Positions 41,536 through 52,168 of a DNA stretch of 64,000 nt are shown here, piece after piece. A model generated the notes under the pieces. That model was not told where the DNA came from. It ran no database searches and saw only the letters and a list, made by a program, of their open reading frames with translations. The DNA is taken from positions 24,532,299-24,596,298 of the forward strand of contig NC_134025.1 in the NCBI RefSeq assembly GCF_964204645.1, written 5' to 3'. This DNA comes from Tubulanus polymorphus. Lineage: Eukaryota > Animalia > Nemertea. Numbering within the stretch: the stretch's first letter is position 1; every line of letters begins with the position of its first letter. The translations under genes were made by a program, and so were the position numbers.

Positions 41536-42326
41536 AGAAAATATATTCATATGTATATATCACAGACCGATTTCACTACTGGCATATACAAATTTATGCA
41601 AAACAGCATAATAACAGATTATTATCTATCTTAAAAACTGCCTCTTGCACGTGCTGGTCACAAATTATCCATTTCACTATTTGTTTTTGAAAGTGTCCTA
41701 GAATTTACCAGTAATTGTATCCAGACATATGATAAACAGCACTTGTCAAACATTGTCTTTTATAAATAACAACCAGGGACTTTTAATTCTATCATGAAGA
41801 TATAAATGAAAAGATATTTCATAGAGGATTGAACTAAGTTTAGTTTGTTTGCAAGATATTGTTTTAACCCAAAAAATTTTCATTTCATGTTTTACATCAA
41901 TATACAAAGGAGAAGTCCTAGTTCCACTAATACTTGTAGTTTATGGGGACATTTTGTTGCTTTCATCAAACTTTTGATACACGTATAGTGCTGCCATTTT
42001 AAGTATTGCATTTTTTCACATTTCTTAAATTTTATTATAACCATGTACTGTGTATGTATATAGGCCTATTGTTATAAGACTCCCGTAAATTTACCTTTCT
42101 GTATTCTATAGATCTATATTTGAATGTTTTTATTGTAAAATTTTAGAGTCAGTAAAATTCTATTGTATTGTGTTGTATACCTAACCCACTTAGAAACAAG
42201 AACCGAGAACACAAGTCTTTTAAGGTTTTCAGATTTTTCAAATGACACTGTATCAACATGCTATTATTTTGAATTTTCAGCATTACACATAAATCAAAAT
42301 AATATGCAATAGTTCTATACAACAGG

Positions 42327-44127
42327 TTATGGCTTTCTCATTACATACACTCCATCGCCTATACAAATCTTTCCTGGTGAGGAGATAAGGCCGAAGTGAT
42401 TTCCAAAACCTGGACTGGAAGATCCCGGTTCCATGCGATAACTGCAAAATATGTAGAAACAAATTATATGTAAAACATTCCATTTATTCCAGAAAATTAC
42501 TCGGTTTTTCATAAAAATTCAACAGCATCTACACACTGACCTCTTGAGAGTCTGAAGTGGTTCCGAATTTGGATCTTTCTGTCCGGTTTCAGGATCTACC
42601 ATAATCAAAGTGCATCTGAATTGAAAGGAGAGGCAAACCTTCACCATGTAGTTTCATTACAGGAATATCATGTTTACCCATGAAAAATGATAGAAAGAGA
42701 ATATGAAGGGAAGTGAACCCGAATTCCACATACCGCCTGCAAGTGTCTAATCTTTTAAAATGGGCTGTTCCAATAATAACTTCTTCCCAATTATCCTGAA
42801 TAAAACATTTACACATAAGTAGTCTAACTATTTAAAATAAATATTGCAGGGTTATTTCTATTCAAATTAATGACCTTACCTCGTCATAAGCTGAACATCC
42901 TGAAATAACAAAATTAGGACGAAAACGTCTCATGGGCACAGGTTCCGCTAGTCTTTCATTTAGATCTGCCAGTGAAGCTGTACTGAGAAACATGTGAGGC
43001 GCTTCATCCGAAAAACTGCGCTGTAAGAAATAAGCAGGTGTGAATTAAGTTCTTGAAGAGAGTATTGTAGATGATAAGAATATTGTGTACCGGCAAGCAC
43101 AACATGAAAATTACCAGTACCTTTCCACACAATATAACCAAACCCGAAGTTTGCCATTAGGTTTTGTCAATATTAACACGTATTAAAAGGGAAACTTTGT
43201 GACCATCCAAGGATGAGGATACCACTAGGCAAAAGGTTATCGCTGATATGTGCTGATAGTAGGCAAGGTTGATAGGCTATGTCATATTAAGAATTCCAAC
43301 TTCTACATGAAGGCAGTTAAAGATTCTCTGATACATGGAAATCCCAGTCAAATGACCAAACCGCCAGATTCAGGACTAGCTATACTTACTTGATGAAGAC
43401 ATTCCGAAACGTTTGCTCTGTACAGCAAACGTAAACCTTCCCTTTTCAAATATTTACAAAACCAAGCACTGGCCTTGTCACCACAATCAACACCTTTGAA
43501 ATGCTCGTCGTAAACCCTGATGAAAAACGAAATTTTCATCTCAGATAAAACAACCATTTTGATTAGACAACAGAAGAGGCTCATTCAGTAATGGTTATTC
43601 GGAATTTACCTACTTGCAGTCGATAAGGGAACCTGGTGTGGCTTTAAATTCAAGAGGCAAGACAAGAGTTTCCATATTTGGAGCATCAAGATGCATATTT
43701 GGCACATGCAAACTTGGAACAATAAGAGCCATAAGTGGTTCAATCCTCAGATTTACGTGACGATATTTATTTTTTTCATCAGCCAACATGAATAATCTGA
43801 AAAAAATCATTCATCAAATGATGTTTAGTAACTTTATTCAGTCATTTAATATATTATTCACTATTTGCAAAAAATCCCAGTCTCACAATGTACACACCTG
43901 TCATAAACATTACTACATTCGAGTCCTAACTTCGTCGCAGTCGCTTCGCTAATCGACCATCCCCTGCAAGATTTCACCGGGTGTATATACATAGCACTAA
44001 TTTCCCCGACCTTTTCCATGTTTTTCCGTGCATGTTTCTGAGTCCAATATGCCATCCCAATTTTAGCAGCTGATCCAGCTAACAGAGAAAAGAAAACCAG
44101 CCCTGCATCTCCGATATTTTCCATCAT
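42327..44127 (-). CDS. MTARC2: Mitochondrial amidoxime-reducing component (mARC, MOSC-domain molybdoenzyme), paralogue B, 7 coding exons
   Basis: Hydrophobic N-terminal anchor, MYIHPVKSCRG, DCGDKASAWF, FSDEAPHMFLSTASLADLNERL, RRFRPNFVISGCSAYDEDNW, Moco-binding TCRRCTLIMVDPETG, ending PGKICIGDGVYVMRKP*. The symbol denotes the MTARC1/2 family, not strict orthology. Confidence 0.9.
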
Positions 44128-44324
44128 GTACGTTTTATTCGCGTAACTCCGTTCAGTTTCAACTCCTCACTCATTCCTCCGAGTGGGGTCTGTCTGCAGA
44201 GTGCGCAGGGGGCCGCTGCGGCCCCCTGCGCTCAATGGGTGCGCAGGGGGCCGGGTATTGTAAAGTGAGAACTGGTATATGATGCTAGACGAAACGATGA
44301 TTTTTTAGCAATAATGCAGAAATT

Positions 44325-45398
44325 TACAAGTAAAACTTAGTAAAACTATTAAAACGCGGCCCCTTGCGCACATATCCAGCAGTAGACAAGTAAAACTATG
44401 GTAAAACTATTAAACCGCGGCCCCCTGCGCACCTATCCAGCAGAAGACAAGTAAAACTATTTACACTATTAAACCGCGGCCCCCTGCGCACCTATCTAGC
44501 AGAAGACAAGTAAAACTTAGTAAAACTATTAGTTCAGAATCAAATAGAAATCTTGCGGCCCCCTGCGCACCTATCTAGCAGAAGACAAGTAAAACTATTA
44601 AACCGCGGCCCCCTGCGCGCTTATCCAGCAGCAGACAAGTAAAACTATTTACACTATTAAACCGCGGCCCCCTGCGCACCTATCCAGCAGAAGACAAGTA
44701 AAACTATTTACACTATTAAAACGCGGCCCCCTGCGCACCTATCCAGTAGAAGACAAGTAAAACTTAGTAAAACTATTAGTTCAGAATCAAATAGAAATAT
44801 AGCGGCCCCCTGCGCACCTATCTAGCAGAAGACAAGTAAAACTATTTACACTATTAAAACGCGGCCCCCTGCGCACTTATCCAGCAGCAGACAAGTAAAA
44901 CTATTTACACTATTAAAACGCGGCCCCCTGCGCACCTATCCAGCAGAAGACAAGTAAAACTATTAAAACTTTTAAAACGCGGCCCCCTGCGCACTTATCC
45001 AGCAGAAGACAAGTAAAACTTAGTAAAACTATTAAACCGCGGCCCCTTGCGCACATATCCAGCAGTAGACAAGTAAAACTTAGTAAAACTATTAAACCGC
45101 GGCCCCCTGCGCACCTATCCAGCAGAAGACAAGTAAAACTTAGTAAAACTATTAAACCGCGGCCCCTTGCGCACATATCCAGCAGTAGACAAGTAAAACT
45201 TAGTAAAACTATTAAACCGCGGCCCCCTGCGCACCTATCCAGCAGAAGACAAGTAAAACTTAGTAAAACTATTAAACCGCGGCCCCCTGCGCACCTATCC
45301 AGCATAAGACAAGTAAAACTTAGTAAAACTATTAAACCGCGGCCCCCTGCGCACCTATCCAGCAGAAGACAAGTAAAACTTAGTAAAACTATTAAACC
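44325..45398. repeat. ~60-bp minisatellite, about 17 units
   Basis: Unit AAACCGCGGCCCCCTGCGCACCTATCCAGCAGAAGACAAGTAAAACTTAGTAAAACTATT; exact 60-bp period from ~44980 to 45398. Confidence 0.95.
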
Positions 45399-46140
45399 AT
45401 GTCATTTTCTATTATCGTACTGAAACTTCGCTATTCTTTATCTAAGAAACTAACGTCACATGGAATTAGGGGTACAAACTAGGGTTAATACACTGTTACA
45501 CAGTGTAAAACAAAGAGATTAATTAAGCTGTGATTAAGATGTGATGCACACTAATATACAGCATGAAGACAGTTACAAACTTAACAAATCTTAATGATGA
45601 GAGCAAACTAGGGCGTAATTATACAATAGTTAAGAATCAAATAGAAATATAGCGGGGCAATTAATCAACAACTTAACAATGAAACAGTAGATCAAAAAGT
45701 AAATTATGTACCGTATCAAGTAGGTTTAACAGAAATGCAAAGTAATCTATTAGAAACAAGCTTTTTGAAAAACCCTTGGAGTCAATAACGCAGTTTTATA
45801 TTTTACAAGACAAGTAAAACTATGGTAAAACTATTAAAATGCGGCCCCCTGCGCACCTATCCAGCAGCAGATAGTAAAACAATGATTTTTCAGATACCTA
45901 GGTGCCCTTATTTTCATAATTAATGAAAAATTTGATTTTTAACAAAGTAGGGACCGGTAAAATTTTGAAATTTTCTGATATAAAGATGCACGCATGAGAC
46001 CCAAGAAAACGTGTTTTGGAAGTTTGACTTGCTATTACTTAGAAACTAATAAGGATAATTTAAATCGGTAACAACCATAGAAAACTACATATACATATTG
46101 ATCCTGAAAACTTAAAAAATGTAGATAAAAAATGTGTTAG

Positions 46141-47903
46141 AATAAACCATTTTACAGTTGCTAGCCGCCATTTTGTTAGGGTACTTTTGTCCCGTATTGT
46201 TGGGTCATTTTTTTCTATTTTTTAAAAACTGTCCGTGATGTGTGTTGTATCATATTTCATCTGTCCATGGATGGATTTTGACAACTTCAGCAACATTCAA
46301 ACTGCGTGAATCTCTAGTTTTCAGTTATGTAAAAATAATTTCTCAAATTTACAACAATGCGACATGAGAGCGATATAAAAATCGGTGGTCAGTTTTTGCC
46401 GTGCGCATAGAAATCAAGGGTACTGAACTTTGAAGTTCGTTATTTTCAGAAATAATTTTCTAAAAAATCCTAGCATTTCAAGAACTGTGCGCATAAATGC
46501 CCCCTTTCAGGTGAACTTTGAAATTTTAAGATATCTTGCCTAGTTTTTTTTCTATGGCACTTTAACTGCAGCGCGTGTATTGTCATTCCGAGATTCGGCG
46601 CTGTTTTCTTTGCGTGTATTTCAGTATATGGGTGTTATTTTTTCACTTTTACTACACTTGTCTCTACGGAAAATGGTTTTAATTGTTGGTACGAGTATCA
46701 GGTTTTAATATTACGTCATTTATGCAATATAATAGATCGAAGACATTAGAGATGTTGGAGTTAAAGGGATTTTTTTACCAGTTTTAGCAGCGAGACTGAA
46801 CGGCATTTTGATCACGTATTCGAAGTTGCGCGCGGGAAGAGAATATATGGGCCTATATTGAGATGGAAGAAGAAAAGAAATATAACACACAAAATCGAGT
46901 ATGATGACCATTTAAATCAGTAGTCTATCAATAAATTTACATAAAAATCTACTGAAATTAGATGGATGGAGAAGTGGTCAAAAAGCTGGACAAATGGGTT
47001 GGGGCAAATATTCAGCTACTTTCTATGAATACTTTCTATTAAGTACACACAAGATTGATTAGATTGGGAAGAAAATATAGGAAAACGTTTTCTTGCTTTG
47101 GTGGTGACATATCAAGTATCAAGTCCTAATGTCAGACACCGGTGATAAAAAGTAAAAAGTGACATCTACCATCACAAAAACGCAAGAAGTGTGTGGATTG
47201 CATTTACAACAAAAGAGTGATATTTTGGGTTTTCTTGGGTGCATGTACGTAAGCCTCTGCCTGCTGTAAAAGCGGCTACCAATACAGCCATTACGAACTA
47301 GCGCCGGAGAACGGAATACAGTATTAATGCCGTAATATTAAAACCTGATACTCGTACCAACAATTAAAACCATTTTCCGTAGAGACAAGTGTAGTAAAAA
47401 TGAAAAAATAACGCCCATATACTGAAATACACGCAAAGAAAACAGCGCCGAATCTCGGAATGACAATACACGTGCTGCAGTTAAAGTGCCATAGGAAAAA
47501 AACTAGGCAAGATATCTTAAAATTTCAAAGTTCACCTGAAAGGGGGCATTTATGCGCACAGTTCTTGAAATGCTTGGATTTTTTAGAAAATTATTTCTGA
47601 AAATAACGAACTTCAAAGTTCAGTACCCTTGATTTCTATGCGCACGAAAAAACTGACCACCGATTTTTATATTGCTCTCATGTCGCATTGTTGTAAATTT
47701 GAGAAATGATTTTTACATAACTGATACTAGAGATTCACGCGGTTTGAATGTTGCTGAAGTTGTCAAAATCCATCCATGGACAGATGAAATATGATACAAC
47801 ACGCATCACGGATAGTTTTTAAAAAAGAGAAAAAAATGACCCAACAATACGGGACATAAGTACCCTAACAAAATGGCGGCTAGCAACTGTAAAATGGTTT
47901 ATT
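46141..47903. repeat. Long inverted repeat (arms ~46141-46720 and ~47326-47903, spacer ~600 bp)
   Basis: AATAAACCATTTTACAGTTGCTAGCCGCCATTTTG ... GGTTTTAATATTACG is mirrored by CGTAATATTAAAACC ... CAAAATGGCGGCTAGCAACTGTAAAATGGTTTATT, with only scattered mismatches. Confidence 0.95.
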
Positions 47904-48860
47904 ACGAACTTTTGAATAAGATGAGCAATAATCTACGTTGAATTATCGAGAATACGGTATCGATGTTTATACAGAGATATGAACGAAATAAAAAAAAGTA
48001 AACCAGTGAAAAATATGGAGAAAAAATTCAACAATGCGGACCAAGCGAGTAGACAGTTTCAACTATAGTAAAACCATTAAAGCGCGGCCCCCTGCGCACT
48101 TATCCAGCATAAGATAGTATTCAAACTATAGTAAAACAATTAAAACGCGGCCCCCTGCGCACATATCCAACAAGGTTTTTGGAGAAACTGTATACTAAAT
48201 ATTTTATGCTAAATCTTTCTTTTTTCTTATACTTCCTGATCAGATCGATTGAGGATTTCACGGATTGCTTGATAACAATTGTGTGTAAATATTCACAAAA
48301 GGCATACAGTTGATTGAAATAAAACAGCTTACCTGATTTCTCTCTGAGTTTTCCATTTCAAAATCCATTTTCCATCTCGAATCAAATATTCCACAAAAAA
48401 ATCGTGAGCGTGCACGCACGTGAGTGGGAAGTGTGGTGGGTTAGAAGAAATTCACGTTTAAATAACAGGGTGCAGACGGTGGGTGGAGATTGTCCAACGT
48501 CTGTCAATGGCCAGACACACTTCGCTGATCTCAGTGACATCGCGAGTCTGTAGTTAGTGTGTCGGGAATAAACATAGTAAATTAGATAGTGGTGAGGTAG
48601 AAATTAGCAATCCGAAATTTTAACACCAACATATAGACAGCCATCTTTGGACTAGACTTTTATCTTTTATCTAATGTCAGTAAAATGAAAATTCTACTAT
48701 GTAAACGTGTCACAATTAGTGTTTGCGGATTTATTATGAGCTGCAATGAAACTTCGCAACTCCTAATTTAATCCACTAAGGACTTAGTTTAAAACTTAAA
48801 CGTGTCACATGATTGTTGTGTAATATGTATATAGAAATGTATAGGCAAAGGCAAAACAAA

Positions 48861-48880
48861 CGCGGCCCCCTGCGCGCCTC

Positions 48881-48916
<36 letters not shown>

Positions 48917-48950
48917 TAGATAAAAATTCACGAGGCCCCCTGCGCGCCTC

Positions 48951-49016
<66 letters not shown>

Positions 49017-49145
49017 TAGATAAAAATTCACGCGGCCCCCTGCGCGCCTCTCCAGCAGCAGCAGCAGCAGCAGCAGCAGATAGATAAAAATTCACGCGGC
49101 CCCCTGCGCGCCTCTCCAGCAGCAGCAGCAGATAGATAAAAATTC
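48861..49145. repeat. Compound repeat: four motif units, each carrying a (CAG)n tract (n = 11, 21, 9, 5)
   Basis: CGCGGCCCCCTGCGCGCCTCTC-(CAG)n-ATAGATAAAAATTC repeated four times. Confidence 0.95.
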
Positions 49146-49629
49146 GTAGATTCGGCGGAGTATTTTGATAAATAATATATACTCTGTATACTGTTCTTAG
49201 TGTACCATTTTATGCGCATCTCGATGGTAAAATCATAAACTGGTTGATGGTGGTTATGCATTTGATTAATTGGTAGAAGTAGGAGTAGTTTCATATCGCA
49301 TACTACTATGTATATGTATTGCCGTTTCGTAAATAATATCGTGTGGTTTTCACTTTATTAAAGCGGCCCCCTGCGCGCGGCCTCCTGCGCACGGCCCCGT
49401 GCGCACTCTGCAGTTTGATATGACTCACTCATTCAACAAAATTAATTTACTTCCGCGTTTGAAATTTGTTGATAAAGGGCTGCTCCAACTAAAGTACATA
49501 CGCAACACGTCCGGCCAAAAGAAGGTTAGCTCCAAAAAACATGGGAGGTGCGATACTCGATGTGCAACGTCGCGATACGGCCCGCGCCGGCCGGGACCGC
49601 ACCATCAAATCCGCCCGTTACTTTTCTAA

Positions 49630-50172
49630 TTACTTCACCGCGGAAAACTTATCTCTTTAGTCAACATCAGAAAAAGCATATATTTAGACCACGCATATTC
49701 TTTATTTTCAAATCAAACACCGCCAACCCCGCATCAAAATTCAGCTCAAAACACTTAAACGATCTGTGGCGCCCTTTTCCCACATCATTCAAGCAAACAA
49801 AATTTAAATCGTAAACTCAGATATCTCACATCCGCCTACAATGATTTCCATCAATGTAATAACCCTAATTGTTATAATTGCTCACTCTCCTGAACCCTAG
49901 CTTACTCAAAACTCTCCTGAAATTATCAAAAATCATCAAGCTCTCATTTCCTTTCCCTTTGCTTCTTCATTTTCCCTTTTGTTTTTTTCCCTGGGTGCTA
50001 GCGACAGCGGCCTAAAGGCTTTGCTTGGCCCACACTTAAAGATTCTGTTCTCTCTTACTCTTTTTATAATTGTGCTTTTTTAAAAATTGTAAATTGTATT
50101 GTTTGTTTTTCTCTCAACCTGTGTACATAGCCTGTCATGCTTTGTGTGAAATAAATTTGAACTTGAACTTGA
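49630..50172 (+). mobile_element. 5'-truncated LINE (CR1/L2-group) 3' end
   Basis: Frameshifted ORF2-like C-terminus ...NDLWRPFP.../RKLRYLTSAYNDFHQCNNPNCYNCSLS*, a pyrimidine-rich 3' UTR, then AATAAA and a (TTGAAC)n tail at 50150-50172. Confidence 0.6.
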
Positions 50173-50260
50173 AACGCGGGAACGGCGATCGGGTCGTCGG
50201 ATCCAGCCCCGGCAATTACATTTCTCGTATCAGAATAAATATTTCAAAGGTGATTCAGCG

Positions 50261-51978
50261 TTAAGTCTTCCTCATTACATATACTGCATCTCCAACGCAA
50301 ATCTTCCCAGGATGTGAAATCAATTGAAGTAAACTCCCAAATACTGCATATTTTTCCACTGGGTCCAAACGATATCTGAAACAGTCAGAAATCATCTTAG
50401 CGGTTAATTCAATCTCTACAATAATCAACCAATGCATGGACTTACTCTAGTAAAGTTTTCAGTGGTTGGTTGCTGCGATTTTTTAACCCGGTCTCTGGAT
50501 CTACGTTAATCATAATACACCTACAATTCAAGAAATTACTCAAATGTGATGTGACCACTCGTCCTCTTAAAGCCATTTTTGGATCACTTAACCCTCTGCA
50601 CGCCGCTTGACGCCCCCACCGTTAGCCCTCCCTAGTGTGAGGCACTGGATTAGTCCTCTAATCGATTCTGTAACGAAGGTACCTTAAACAGGAATCTATC
50701 CGTTGAAAATGGACCTTGCCAATGATGACCTCGTCCCAGTTGTCCTTGAATTAAAGGAAAATGCTTCAAATGGGGGTGGAATAAAGCAACACCACGTACG
50801 TGATGACCCGAGGTACATGTGGCAAAAGGTGGAATGAACAATGGCATATTTTACATGATTTAAGAGACGCTCACCTCGTCATATGCTGAAGCCCCTGAAA
50901 CAACGATATTCGGTCGAAAATTTCTTACCGCTACTGGTTCGGCAAGTCTCTCATTAAGATCGGCTAGTGATGCCGTATTGAAAAGAGAGCATGGCGCATC
51001 CGTGAAGCTACGCTAAAAACGGAAAGTTATTTCTACATGTTATGGAAAAGCGTTGAAATAAAAGGAACTTATGAAAAACAAACAAACTTGATTATGGCAT
51101 TCAGGTGTATTTCCTCTGTATAATAATCGTAGCCCATCTTTCTTTAGATATTTCGAGAACCATGAACCAGCTTGGTCACCGCAATCAGTACCTTTGAATA
51201 GTTCGCCATAAATCCTATAAAAAATTCCGAATAAGTTAATGCATCGGTATTGTTAAGATTACTCTCTCTCGTACTCGATATGCTTAAAACGTAAAACTAC
51301 CTACATGCAGTCAATTAGTGTTCTAGGTGAAGAATTGACTTCAAGAGGTAAGACTAATGTAGGCATCTCTGGAGCGTCTAGATGCATACATTGCCCGTGC
51401 AAACTCGGAACTATCAGACCCATGAGAGGCACTGTCCTCATATCAATATGACGATACTTATTGTTGCTTCGTACCACCAAAAACAGCCTAAAAATTGCAG
51501 CGTCGTTTAATTTAAAAAAAATATTTGGAAAGAAGACGTTGAAGTATATGCAAAGTAAAACTTATATGTTTTCAAATGTCCCCAAAACAGCATGAACTTT
51601 TTAATAATTTGGTGAAAAATCATGGATTTTACCATGTTTTCGGCACGAAACAAATCTTTTGTCATTTCAATTGGTACCATAATGAATAGATTTGAAAAAA
51701 ATATATTGTGATAAGATATTGATGATTATTAAGTAGGATGCAGCGCACCTGTCCCTGATATTGCTAGATTCTAGTCCAAGATCGGTTACAATTGCACTTG
51801 TGACTGAAACTCCCCTGCAAGATTTAACCGGGTACACAAATAGCGCCAACACCTCCCCGACCTTCTCCAGCCGTTTCCAGGCAAGTTGTCGAATCCAGTT
51901 CAATACACCAACTTTGACAGCCGAAGCGACCAACAGAGAAACGAAAACACAACCAGTACCTTCCTTAACAACCTCCAT
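50261..51978 (-). CDS. MTARC2: mARC/MOSC molybdoenzyme, paralogue A, 7 coding exons
   Basis: MEVVKEGTGCVFVSLLVASAVK..., LFVYPVKSCRG, DCGDQAGSWF, FTDAPCSLFNTASLADLNERL, NFRPNIVVSGASAYDEDNW, SCLRCIMINVDPETG, PGKICVGDAVYVMRKT*. Intron positions are the same as in paralogue B. The symbol denotes the family. Confidence 0.9.
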
Positions 51979-52168
51979 CCTCGCGATTGAAACAAATACG
52001 TATTTGCAAATACGTGTATGTACCAACCTGAAAATTAGAATTTCTGAACCATTCCATTATAATCATAATACCGATGAAATCTGTGACATTCCGAGCAAAC
52101 AGCTGTCCATAAAACGGATTCAAACGCGGTAATTTTTAAATGAAAATATTTTATTAATTTTCCTTTTG

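Larger units (their letters stand above)
44199..49408. mobile_element. 5.2-kb non-autonomous TIR DNA transposon with Sola2-like termini
   Basis: Left TGCA|GAGTGCGCAGGGGGCCG and right CGGCCCCGTGCGCACTC|TGCA give GAG...CTC termini and a 4-bp TSD (TGCA). Because the site is the palindrome CTGCAG, a 6-bp TSD with AG...CT ends is formally equivalent. The TIR motif is reiterated ~25 times internally. No intact transposase ORF. Confidence 0.75.

Noticed and set aside
44913-45305. 130-aa repetitive ORF (LLDRCAGGRGLIVLLSFTC)n
   Set aside because: A by-product of a 60-bp stop-free repeat unit; no splice or homology support.
44325-45398. CRISPR-like regular array
   Set aside because: The intervening sequences are themselves repeated (no unique spacers), there are no cas genes, and the context is eukaryotic. 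It is a minisatellite.
48789-49294. Poly-Ala/poly-Cys ORFs
   Set aside because: Translations of (CTG)n tracts inside a transposon.
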